Source of the DNA: Bacillota bacterium
GTDB taxonomy: Bacteria; Bacillota; Sulfobacillia; JAIMAT01
Length of the DNA: 64,000 bases
Direction: 5' to 3'
NCBI GenBank assembly: GCA_029961055.1
Contig: JASBVM010000012.1
Coordinates: forward strand, 55,741-119,740
Translations under genes and position numbers: made by a program
Notes under the pieces: generated by a model
The model's input: the letters and a program-made list of their open reading frames with translations, nothing else
What the model was told of the DNA's origin: nothing
Database searches by the model: none
Shown here: positions 55,666-64,000 of the stretch, in pieces
How positions within the stretch are numbered: position 1 is the first letter of the stretch
Layout of the letters: each line of letters starts with the position of its first letter

Positions 55666-57345
55666 CTACCGGCCCGAGAGAAGCGGCACGGCCCGGAGCG
55701 AGTCGGCCGCCGCCAGCGCGGTGGCCCTGTCGGGCGCCCAGACCCAGGCGATGCGCCTCGGCCCGGCCCAGCGCAGGACCACGCCGCCGCCGGAGGGGGC
55801 CAGCTCCGCCGGCATGCCCGAGGCCAGCCGGAGCGTCTCGGGCTTCGCACCGGGCGCCGGCCGCGGCGCCAGGGCGGCCGACTGGGCGGCCGCCCCCACC
55901 ACCAGCAGGAGCCGCCCCCGGGCGATGCGGGGGTCGTCGGCGGGCAGCGGCCGGGGGGTCGCCCACAGCTCGACCGAGTAACCGCCTGCGGTGGCGTTCA
56001 CCCGAACCGACGTCGCCATCCCCGCCGGCGGCGGCGGCACCGCCGAGGGAAGCTCCACCGGGATGCGCGAAGGCAGGAGGCCGTAGAGCGCGGGCGACCA
56101 GACCGGCGCGGGCGCCTTCTCGGGGGTCTTGTCGAGGACGGAGAAGTCGACGCCCGGGCTGTACCGGCTCTCCGCGTTCCAGAGCAGGAAGGAGCGGATC
56201 CCCGCCGCCGCCAGCGCCCTCAGCTCCCCCTCCACTTCCCGGGCGCCGTAGACGGTGGGGCCCAAGGTGAAGTCCTGGATCCACGGGCGGATCGCCGCCC
56301 GCGGCAGGTCGGCCGTGCGCGCCTCGGCCGCCGCCAGGGTCTGCCAGACCACGTCGTAGGGCCGGGCGCTGGGATCGGCCATGCCGAGCTGCCCCCGCCC
56401 GTAGAGGGAGGGGTAGATCATGGGCGAGACGACGTCCACGGCCGCCGCAACCTCCGGGTAGCTCTGCCCGATCAGGCTGTCGCCCCGGACCAGCGGGCTG
56501 ATCCCCACCACGTCGGCGGAGACCGGCACCCCCGCGGCACGACCGATCGCCTCCCGCGCCGCCTTCAGGAAGCCCACCACCCGCGCCACCCGCTCCCCGG
56601 CGCGCCCGGCGTCGTGCAGCTCCGGGATCGCCTGCGCCGGCAGGCGGACGAAGTCGTACTGGATCTCGTCGAAGCCGAGCCGGGCGGCGGCGACGCCGAT
56701 CTGGATGTTGTAATCCCAGGCTCCCCGGCTCCAGAGGCTGAGCCAGGCGCGGCCCTGGTCGTCGGTCCAGAGCCGGTCGCCCGCCCGGATCGCCCACTCG
56801 GGCCGCCGGGCGGCAGCCAGCGGATCGGCGAAGGCCACCACCCGGCCGATCACGTAGATCCCGTTCCGGTGGAGCAGGCGGAGAAGTCCGGCCACGTCGC
56901 CGATCTTGTTCCGGGCCGTGCCCAGCTCCTGCGCTGCGGTACCGGGCAGGGGGAAGCTGAGCCACCCGGAGTCGTCCTTGACGTCGATCACCACCGCGTT
57001 CAGCCCGTTCGCCCTCATGGTGCGCAGGAGCTCGGCCACCCGGCCCGGGTCGCCGGCGGTGTAGCCGGAAAGGTAGATCCCGCGCACCTCCCGGGGTGGC
57101 GCGGGCAGGTGCTCCCCCACGGCCGGGGCCGCGGACTCGCTCCCGGAGCCGCCTCCCACGCGGCTGCCGGCCGGACGCTCCCGCTGGGGCGCCATCGCCT
57201 CCCCCGCCGGCTTCGAGAAGAGCTGACAGCCCTCCAGAGCCGGCAGCGCGGAGAGGAGCAGCACGAGCAGGAGGGCGAGGGCGGGCCCGCGCCCTCGTTC
57301 CGGCGACCGGCGCCGGCCGCCCCGGAAAGGTGGATCGAAGCGCAA
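55666..57345 (-). CDS. Putative glycoside-hydrolase-like TIM-barrel lipoprotein (DUF4015/GH-like)
   Basis: Lipobox LSALPALEGC; VRGIYLSGYTAG...NAVVIDVKDDSGWLSF is typical of the GHL family. TTG start after AGGGGG. Confidence 0.6.
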   Translation of the reverse strand: MRFDPPFRGGRRRSPERGRGPALALLLVLLLSALPALEGCQLFSKPAGEAMAPQRERPAGSRVGGGSGSESAAPAVGEHLPAPPREVRGIYLSGYTAGDPGRVAELLRTMRANGLNAVVIDVKDDSGWLSFPLPGTAAQELGTARNKIGDVAGLLRLLHRNGIYVIGRVVAFADPLAAARRPEWAIRAGDRLWTDDQGRAWLSLWSRGAWDYNIQIGVAAARLGFDEIQYDFVRLPAQAIPELHDAGRAGERVARVVGFLKAAREAIGRAAGVPVSADVVGISPLVRGDSLIGQSYPEVAAAVDVVSPMIYPSLYGRGQLGMADPSARPYDVVWQTLAAAEARTADLPRAAIRPWIQDFTLGPTVYGAREVEGELRALAAAGIRSFLLWNAESRYSPGVDFSVLDKTPEKAPAPVWSPALYGLLPSRIPVELPSAVPPPPAGMATSVRVNATAGGYSVELWATPRPLPADDPRIARGRLLLVVGAAAQSAALAPRPAPGAKPETLRLASGMPAELAPSGGGVVLRWAGPRRIAWVWAPDRATALAAADSLRAVPLLSGR

Positions 57346-57465
57346 GGAAGAACCCCCTCCATGCCTTTCTGCAGCCGGACGCCGACTCCCCGCGCGTGGA
57401 GCGGCCCGCAGGCGGCCACCCTTGGAGGAAGACGTCCCCGGCGGCGAGAGGTTTCGCGGCGGCAG

Positions 57466-58230
57466 GTGAAACCGGTGGTCGAATCGTCTGCGAAGGAGCC
57501 GCAGCGGATTCCGGGCCCGCTCCTCCCCCAGGGCTTCTACGACCGCCCGGCCGTGGAGGTGGCGCCGGAGCTGCTGGGTGCCGTCCTGGTCCATGACGGC
57601 CCCGAGGGCTGCACCTGCGGCCGGATCGTCGAGGTGGAGGCCTACGCCGGGCCCGAGGACCGGGCCGCCCACTCGTGGGGCGGCCGCCGGACCGCGCGGA
57701 CCGAGGTGATGTACGGCCCGCCGGGGCGGACGTACGTCTTCGCCATCTACGGCATGCACTGGTGCTTCAACGTGGTCGCCGGCCCGGGCGGGAAGCCGGA
57801 GGCGATCCTGGTCCGGGCGCTCGAGCCGCTCTGCGGCCTGGAGCTGATGCGCCGCCGCCGGAGCCGCCCGGCGCGTCTGCGGGGACCGCAGCCCGAGGTC
57901 GGCGCCGCGCCGGCTCGTCTTAACGAAACCTTCCACTGCCATTCTTCTCCTGCGGCGGAGCGTCTGGTAGAGTCGAGGCGGCCCGAACGGGCATCCCGCC
58001 TTCTGACCGCCGGCCCGGCCCGGCTCTGCCAGGCCTTGGGCATCACGGGCGAAGCGTACGGGCTTCCTCTCTGGGAGCCGTCCTCGCCGCTCCGGATCCA
58101 CCGCGGCGAGGCGCCGCTCCCGCCCGGCCGGATCGCCACGGGGCCGCGGGTGGGCGTCGACTACGCCGGTGCGTGGCGGGAGCGGCCCTGGCGCTTCTGG
58201 ATCCGCGACAACCCGTTCGTCAGCGCGTAG
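57466..58230 (+). CDS. mpg: DNA-3-methyladenine glycosylase (Mpg/AAG family)
   Basis: GRIVEVEAYAGPEDRAAHS..GRRT.RTEVMYGPPGRTYVFAIYGMHWCFNVV is diagnostic. Contains an insertion with locally atypical codons. GTG 57466 or 57475. Confidence 0.8.
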   Translation: MKPVVESSAKEPQRIPGPLLPQGFYDRPAVEVAPELLGAVLVHDGPEGCTCGRIVEVEAYAGPEDRAAHSWGGRRTARTEVMYGPPGRTYVFAIYGMHWCFNVVAGPGGKPEAILVRALEPLCGLELMRRRRSRPARLRGPQPEVGAAPARLNETFHCHSSPAAERLVESRRPERASRLLTAGPARLCQALGITGEAYGLPLWEPSSPLRIHRGEAPLPPGRIATGPRVGVDYAGAWRERPWRFWIRDNPFVSA

Positions 58231-58286
58231 GAGCGGCCGCCCGCGGTGCGGGCCACGTCGCTGGCGGCGTGGAAGGAGGAACCCGT

Positions 58287-59330
58287 TTGCCGGGAAGCCT
58301 GTCCGCACTCCCCGTCCTGGAGCTGGAGGGGCTCTCCAAGTCCTTCGGCCCGGTGAGGGCCGTCCTCGACGTCTCCTTCCAGGTGCGCGCCGGAACCGCC
58401 TTCGGGGTCATCGGGCCCAACGGCGCGGGGAAGACCACCACCCTGCGCATGATCCTGAACATCCTCGAGCCCGACGCCGGCCGGGTCCTCTTTCTGGGGC
58501 GACCCGCCAGGGAGCTTCCCCGCCGTTCCTTCGGCTACCTGCCCGAGGAGCACGGCCTCTACCCGCGCATGCCGGTGCGGGAACAGCTGGCCTTCTTCGG
58601 CCGGCTGGCCGGTCTCCCCCCCGGCGAGGCCCAGCGCCGCGCCGACGCCTGGATCGAGCGGCTGGGACTGGAGCCGTGGGCGAACAAACCCGCCCAGACG
58701 CTCTCCAAGGGGAACGCCCAGAAGGCGCAGCTCGCGACGGCCCTCCTCCACGAGCCGGAGCTGATCATCCTGGACGAGCCCTTCAGCGGTCTCGACCCGG
58801 TCAACGTGGACCTGCTGAAGTCGGTCATCCGCGAGCAGGTGGCGGCAGGGCGGACGCTCCTCTTCTCCAGCCACCGCATGGAGCACGTGGAGGAGCTCTG
58901 CGAGGGCGTCTGCCTGATCGCCGCGGGCCGCGCCGTCCTGGCCGGCCCCGTCCGCCGGGTGAAGGAGGCCGACGGGCGCCGGACGCTGCGGCTCGCCTTC
59001 GCCGAGGCGGGCGAGGACGGCGAGCCGGTGCAGGGCGGGCGGGGGCGCGCGCTCTACGAGGCGGTCGCCCGGGAGCTCGGCCTGTCGGTCTCCCGGCGGG
59101 GCGTCGACTACTGGGAGTACCTGCTGGAGCCGGGGCGCCCGGTGGAACCGGGCCCGCTCCTGGACCGGATTCGGACCTTCGGCACGCCGCTCCGCTTCGA
59201 GATCGGCCTGCCGAGCCTGGAGCGGATCTACATCGACCGGGTGGAGAGCCTGCAGGCGGAGCCCGGGGAGTCCCCGGCCCCGGCGCCCGCGCGGGCAGGG
59301 GTCCGCCGGGGAAAGGAGGCGGGCGCGTGA
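58287..59330 (+). CDS. ABC transporter ATP-binding protein
   Basis: GPNGAGKTT Walker A, LSKGNAQK signature, ILDEPFSGLD Walker B; TTG start after GGAAGGAGG. Confidence 0.85.
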   Translation: MPGSLSALPVLELEGLSKSFGPVRAVLDVSFQVRAGTAFGVIGPNGAGKTTTLRMILNILEPDAGRVLFLGRPARELPRRSFGYLPEEHGLYPRMPVREQLAFFGRLAGLPPGEAQRRADAWIERLGLEPWANKPAQTLSKGNAQKAQLATALLHEPELIILDEPFSGLDPVNVDLLKSVIREQVAAGRTLLFSSHRMEHVEELCEGVCLIAAGRAVLAGPVRRVKEADGRRTLRLAFAEAGEDGEPVQGGRGRALYEAVARELGLSVSRRGVDYWEYLLEPGRPVEPGPLLDRIRTFGTPLRFEIGLPSLERIYIDRVESLQAEPGESPAPAPARAGVRRGKEAGA

Positions 59331-60595
59331 ACCAGTTCTGGGTCCTGACGCAGCGCGAGTTCCGGCAGATGGCGGGCTCCACCGGCTACAAGGTGACCAC
59401 CGTCGTGGCGCTGGTGCTGGTGGTGGCGCTGGCCTTCCTGCCGGCCTTGATGGACTGGCTGGGCAGCATGGGCACCAGCCGGGTGGCCGTCCTCGACCAG
59501 GGGACCGGGCTGGCGCCGGCGCTGGAACAGGCGGTCAAGGCGCAACCCTCGGCGGGACGGCTGGCGCTCCAGCCCTGGCGGGGCCCCGCCGACCAGGCCG
59601 CCGTGGAGCAGGCGGTGCGGGCGGGAAGGGTCTCCGGCGTGCTCTGGCTCCGGCCGAGCGCCGGACCGGAGGCGGTCTCCGCCCGGTACATCTCCAAAGA
59701 CCGGGCCGAGCAGGCGGTGGCCGTCCTCTCCGCAGCCCTGAGCCAGGCCTCGCTCCCCCTGCGCCTGGAGCGGGCCGGGATCAGCCCCGCGGCCTTCCAG
59801 GCGGCGATGTCCCCGCTGGTCATCCGGCAGGTGGCGCTGGAGCCGAAGAGCAGGCCTGCCGACTTCCTGGTGACGCAGGGGCTGGGCTACTTCCTGATGA
59901 TCTTCCTCTACGTCGCCCTGGCCATGTACGGCTCGATGATGCTGTACAGCGTCACCACGGAGAAGACCTCGCGCATCGCGGAGGTCCTCCTGGTGGCCAC
60001 CCGCCCGGCCACCATCCTCCTCTCCAAGCTGGCCGGGCTGGGCGCCGCCGGCCTCCTCCAGTTCCTCCTCATGATGCTGGTGGGGCTGGGCGTGGCGCTG
60101 CTCCGCGGTCTTCCCTCCGGCCTTCTGCCGGGGGCGCTCCAGGCGGGGGGCGAGCTGAAGCTCTCCACCATTCCGGTGGGCGCCTGGGCCTGGATGGTGG
60201 TCTTCTTCCTGGTGGGGTTCCTGATGTACTCGGCGCTCTATGCGGCCATGGGCGCCATGGTCAGCCGGACGGAGGAAGCCCAGAACGCGGCGGGCCTCCC
60301 CTCCATGCTGATGATGGTGGCCTACTTCGTCGCCATCTTCGCGGTGGTCTCGCCGGAGAGCCGGGTGGCCACCATCGGCTCCTTCGTGCCCTTCCTGACG
60401 CCGATGATCATGTTCCTCCGCGTGCTGACGCTGCCGGTCCCCATCTGGGAGCCCTTCCTGGGCCTGGCCATCAACCTGGCGGCCCTCTGGCTCCTGATCC
60501 GCTGGGCCGCCCGCGTCTACCAGGAGAACCTGCTGGTCCAGCAGCCCTTCTCGCTCAGGCGGGCCTTCCGCCTGCGGCCGAGGAGCGCCGCGTGA
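59327..60595 (+). CDS. ABC-2 family transporter permease
   Basis: N-terminal TM, large extracytoplasmic loop, then five TM; GTGA overlap with the ATPase gene. Confidence 0.75.
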   Translation: MNQFWVLTQREFRQMAGSTGYKVTTVVALVLVVALAFLPALMDWLGSMGTSRVAVLDQGTGLAPALEQAVKAQPSAGRLALQPWRGPADQAAVEQAVRAGRVSGVLWLRPSAGPEAVSARYISKDRAEQAVAVLSAALSQASLPLRLERAGISPAAFQAAMSPLVIRQVALEPKSRPADFLVTQGLGYFLMIFLYVALAMYGSMMLYSVTTEKTSRIAEVLLVATRPATILLSKLAGLGAAGLLQFLLMMLVGLGVALLRGLPSGLLPGALQAGGELKLSTIPVGAWAWMVVFFLVGFLMYSALYAAMGAMVSRTEEAQNAAGLPSMLMMVAYFVAIFAVVSPESRVATIGSFVPFLTPMIMFLRVLTLPVPIWEPFLGLAINLAALWLLIRWAARVYQENLLVQQPFSLRRAFRLRPRSAA

Positions 60596-61577
60596 GCGCG
60601 GCCGCGTTGACGCAGTGGAGCGGGGGCAGTCCCTGCTCCACCCGCCGCAGGTTCTCGGCGACCGCGGCGCCGATGCCGGCGTAGGACTCCTCCGTGACGC
60701 CGGCGATGTGCGGCGTCAGGAAGAGGTTGGGCGCGCTGCGGAGCGGATCGTCCGCCGGCAGCGGCTCGCGCTCGAAGACGTCGAGGGCGGCTCCCCCCAG
60801 CCGGCCCGCGTGCAGCGCCTCGGCCAGCGCCGCGCCGTCGACCAGCCCGCCGCGCCCCGCGTTGACCAGGACGGCACCCGGCTTCATGCGCGCCAGCATC
60901 TTCCCGTCGATCAGGTGGTAGCTCTCCGGCCCCAGCGGCAGGCAGAGGAAAAGGGCATCCATCCGCGGCAGGAGATCCGGCAGGTCGGCGGGACCGCCCA
61001 GCCCCTCCAGACCCAGACGCGCCACCAGGGCGGCGCCGTCCTCCCCCATCCCGCGCCGGCGGACCGCCCAGACGTGCATCCCCAGCGCGCGCAGGCGCGG
61101 GGCCAGGAGCTGTCCGATCCCGCCCAGGCCGACCACCAGCGCCGCCTTCCCCATCAGCAGCCGGCCCACCGGCCGACCCCAGGTGGCCGAACCCCCGTCC
61201 AGGTTGCGGCGCGCTTCCTCGATGCGCCGGGAGACCGCCAGCGCCCCCAGGAGCGCCCACTCGGCCACCGACTCGGCGTTGCCGGTGCCGGCGGAGGGCA
61301 CGTTGGCCACCGGCACGCCGCGCCGGCTGCACGCGTCGATGTCCACCGTGTCCAGACCCGCCCCCCACTGCTGCACCAGCCGCACGCCCGGGGCCTGCTC
61401 CAGCACCGCCTCGTCCACCGGCGACATGCCCGGGACGATGACGTCAGCCCCGCCCACCCGCCTCAGCGTCTCGGCCAGGCGCCCGGGCTCGCTGGGCAGC
61501 ACCTCCGTGCCCGGGAGCAGCCGCGGCAGCCGTTCGAAGAGGTCGCCGAAGCTCCGTGCACCCACCACCACGCGCAT
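60555..61577 (-). CDS. D-isomer-specific 2-hydroxyacid dehydrogenase family protein
   Basis: GLGGIGQ NAD-binding motif, ...VNAGRGGLVD..., catalytic H in PHIAG. Confidence 0.8.
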   Translation of the reverse strand: MRVVVGARSFGDLFERLPRLLPGTEVLPSEPGRLAETLRRVGGADVIVPGMSPVDEAVLEQAPGVRLVQQWGAGLDTVDIDACSRRGVPVANVPSAGTGNAESVAEWALLGALAVSRRIEEARRNLDGGSATWGRPVGRLLMGKAALVVGLGGIGQLLAPRLRALGMHVWAVRRRGMGEDGAALVARLGLEGLGGPADLPDLLPRMDALFLCLPLGPESYHLIDGKMLARMKPGAVLVNAGRGGLVDGAALAEALHAGRLGGAALDVFEREPLPADDPLRSAPNLFLTPHIAGVTEESYAGIGAAVAENLRRVEQGLPPLHCVNAAALTRRSSAAGGRPA

Positions 61578-61650
61578 TCCCGGCTCACCTCCCCGGGATC
61601 CGGCGGCCCGGCCGGCCGAGTCGGCCGCGCCGGCCGGGCCGACCCCCTGC

Positions 61651-63999
61651 TCAGCGCCGGCTCCGCGCCGGCTGCGGCTCCGGTTGCGCGCCCCGCTGAA
61701 GGTGGCGTTCGAACCACTCCCGGATCGCCCTCAGGCGGTGGACGCGGTGCCACGGCCTCCCCTGCCGGCTGAGGCCGTGGCTCTCGCCGGGATACTGGAA
61801 CATCTCGCTCTCCACCCCCTGCACCTGCAGCGAGGCGAACATCTGCTGCCCCTGCTCCAGCGGGCAGCGGTAGTCCTCCTCGCTGTGGAGGACCAGGGTG
61901 GGCGTACGGACGCGCCCCACGTAGGTGATGGGCGACTGGGCATCGTAGCGGTCGGGCACCTCCCAGGGCTTGCCGCCGAAGACCTCATCCCAGTGGTAAC
62001 CCCCGTCGGAGGTGCCGAAGAAGCTCTGCATGTTGTTGAGCGCTCGCATGGAGACCGCCGCGCGGAAGCGGTCGGTGTGCCCGACCACCCAGCTGGTCAT
62101 GAAGCCGCCGTAGCTGCCGCCGGCGATGCCCAGCCGCTCCGGGTCGATCCAGGGGTAGCGCTCCAGCGCCGCGTCCACCAGCGCCATCACGTCGGCGTAG
62201 TCGTGCTCGCCCCAGTGGCCGCGGATGTCGGCGGTGAACGCCTCGCCGTAGCCCTGGCTGCCGCGCGGGTTGGCGTAGAGGACGGCGAAGCCCGCCGACG
62301 CCAGCACCTGGAACTCGAAGAAGAACTCGCTCGTGTACATCATCTGCGGCCCGCCGTGGACCTCCACCACGGCGGGGTAGCGCTCGCCCTCCCGCCAGCC
62401 GAGCGGCCGGATCAGCCAGCCGTCGAGCTCAGGCCCTCCGGGCGAGCGGAAGGTGAAGCGCTCGGGCAGTACCGTCGCCCGGCGCTGGAGGAGCCGGCTG
62501 GAAGTGTGCGTCCGGCGCCGCAGCGGCAGCCCGCCCCCCGCCTCGGGCGGCGCCGCCAGCAACCGCTCCAGCGCCTCGGCGCCGGGCCCGGCGGCGAGCG
62601 GCCGGAACTCCCGCAGGTCGCCTACGTAGATGTCGTTGGGGTTCTCCGCCGTCCCCACCGAGAGCGCCACCCGCCCGCTGCGGGGGTCGAAGCTGCCGTC
62701 GAAGGCGACCAGGTCGCCCGTGGTCAGCCGCTCCACCCGGGCCCCGGAGCCGCTTTCCAGCGCCCCCGCCACGTCGACGCGGAAGAGGTGGGTGGTCCCG
62801 TTGGCGGAGGCGAGGAGAAGCACCTGCCGGCCGTCGGCGCTCCAGGTGGGCCGGAAGCCCTCGCCTGCGAAGCGCATGTCGACCACCGAGGCGTCCTCCA
62901 GCGAGCGGGCGAACCCCCGCGTCAGCGAGCGGCGCACCTCCTCGTCCGTCGCGCCGCGGCGGGCGGCCTCCAGGTCGATCAGGACGAGCTGCACGTCGGT
63001 GTACCAGCCCTGCTCCCGCTCGTGGCCCAGGTAGGCAAGGGTGCGCCCGTCCGGGGCGAAGGCGGGAGAGGTGCAGATGCCGCGGGAGGGCGTCAGCTTC
63101 CTCGGCTCGCCCTGGCCGTCGGCGGGGAAGAGCCAGATGTCGGTGAAGCGGGCCAGGTCGGAACGCTCCACCCGGGCGGCGGAGACGGCCACGGTCGAGC
63201 CGTCGGGCGACCAGGCCGGCATGGCGTGGTCGTAGGGCCCCCCGGTCAGCTGGAGCGGCCGCGGGCGCGGCTCTCCCCTCGCCACCGCCTGCCGGGCGGC
63301 GACCACGTCCAGGACGAAGACCTGGAGGAAGCGATCCTCCAGGTAGCCGACGCCGTCCTCCCGGTAGCGCGCCCGGGTGTGGTGCTTCACGTCGGCGTTG
63401 AACCTGCGGAAGAGGCGCTCGTTCTCGTCCAGCTCGTCGTCGTCGGCCGCCTTCTCGTCCAGGAAGCGGGGCCCGGCCAGCGGCACCCGCGCGACAAAGG
63501 CCACACGCCGGCCGTCCGGCGCCCACACGAAGCCCTCGACGCCGCCGCGCAGGTCGGTGACGCGGAGCGCCTCACCCCCCGTCGCCGGCATCAGGTAGAG
63601 CTGCACCCCCAGGGCTTGGAGCGGGCGGCCCTCCGCGTCCAGGCCGGCATCCTTCCCCTTCGCCGCCTCGCGGTCGGAGAGGAAGGCCAGCCAGCGCCCG
63701 TCGGGCGACCAGCGGGGGTGGAAGTCGCGGCCCGGGCCGGTCGTCATCGGTTCCGCCTCGCCTTCCTCCCCCTCGCCCTCGAACGGAAGGCGGAAGATGC
63801 GGGAGCGGTAGCGGTTCTCTTCCTTGTCCACCACCGTCTGCACATAGGCGACGACGGCGCCCTCCGGTGCGATCTGGGCGTCGCCGACAAACTCGAAGTC
63901 CACCAGGTCGGTCTCGCGGAACCTTTCCAGGCTCCACCACTCCCCTCCTCGACGGATCGCAGCGATACCTTCATACCCCACCGCCCGGAGCGCGGGCAA
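61651..63999 (-). CDS. S9 family serine peptidase with beta-propeller (paralog of 29450-31519); the start may lie at or beyond 63999
   Basis: GIAGGSYGGFMTSW nucleophile elbow; same architecture as the first S9 gene, and C-terminal blocks nearly identical. Confidence 0.8.
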   Translation of the reverse strand: MPALRAVGYEGIAAIRRGGEWWSLERFRETDLVDFEFVGDAQIAPEGAVVAYVQTVVDKEENRYRSRIFRLPFEGEGEEGEAEPMTTGPGRDFHPRWSPDGRWLAFLSDREAAKGKDAGLDAEGRPLQALGVQLYLMPATGGEALRVTDLRGGVEGFVWAPDGRRVAFVARVPLAGPRFLDEKAADDDELDENERLFRRFNADVKHHTRARYREDGVGYLEDRFLQVFVLDVVAARQAVARGEPRPRPLQLTGGPYDHAMPAWSPDGSTVAVSAARVERSDLARFTDIWLFPADGQGEPRKLTPSRGICTSPAFAPDGRTLAYLGHEREQGWYTDVQLVLIDLEAARRGATDEEVRRSLTRGFARSLEDASVVDMRFAGEGFRPTWSADGRQVLLLASANGTTHLFRVDVAGALESGSGARVERLTTGDLVAFDGSFDPRSGRVALSVGTAENPNDIYVGDLREFRPLAAGPGAEALERLLAAPPEAGGGLPLRRRTHTSSRLLQRRATVLPERFTFRSPGGPELDGWLIRPLGWREGERYPAVVEVHGGPQMMYTSEFFFEFQVLASAGFAVLYANPRGSQGYGEAFTADIRGHWGEHDYADVMALVDAALERYPWIDPERLGIAGGSYGGFMTSWVVGHTDRFRAAVSMRALNNMQSFFGTSDGGYHWDEVFGGKPWEVPDRYDAQSPITYVGRVRTPTLVLHSEEDYRCPLEQGQQMFASLQVQGVESEMFQYPGESHGLSRQGRPWHRVHRLRAIREWFERHLQRGAQPEPQPARSRR

Positions 64000-64000
64000 A

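Noticed and set aside
1-64000. Search for CRISPR repeats, IS elements, integrases and rRNA
   Set aside because: No regularly spaced direct repeats, no transposase or integrase-like translations, and no rRNA-like conserved blocks were seen in any frame. The window looks like core chromosome.

Overview
This is a roughly 70% GC chromosomal window, densely coding on both strands. Sporulation-type markers (a CotF-like coat protein, a GerMN lipoprotein) and Bacillus-style regulation (a FadR/YsiA operator, a T-box leader, plsX next to a fakA-like gene, yuzD-like) suggest a high-GC endospore-forming Firmicutes-like lineage. About 60 genes are supportable. No rRNA, tRNA, CRISPR array, transposase or integrase was seen. 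The extreme GC content produces many long spurious antisense ORFs in the six-frame track; these were rejected. Regulatory coordinates taken directly from the raw sequence are approximate to about 2 nt.

Genes that can be supported, by function:
- satP-acs: acetate uptake and activation.
- glxK, asnB, cstA, pepF, ispH, moaA, plsX plus a DAK2/FakA-like gene.
- fadD-fadR-fadN-fadA-fadE: a fatty acid beta-oxidation operon behind a palindromic FadR box.
- Two paralogous S9 peptidases, two MFS transporters, an ABC-2 exporter pair.
- ogt and mpg (DNA repair), usp plus a YHS-domain gene, groES, a HIT protein, glutaredoxin and thioredoxin family proteins, a CoA-disulfide reductase-like flavoenzyme.

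Most interesting, and not explained by routine annotation:
1. An RNPP-like HTH+TPR regulator (4386-5672, minus strand) followed 57 nt downstream by an unlisted 46-aa ORF encoding a signal-peptide-bearing pro-peptide. This is a candidate quorum-sensing regulator and peptide pair.
2. A convergent locus (15.3-21.1 kb) with two tandem half-size ArsA/Get3-family ATPases, one of which has a degenerate switch-II motif. It is flanked by two paralogous small proteins of an unrecognised family, further hypotheticals and a GerMN lipoprotein.
3. A Trp-specific T-box riboswitch with its own promoter and terminator upstream of trpP.
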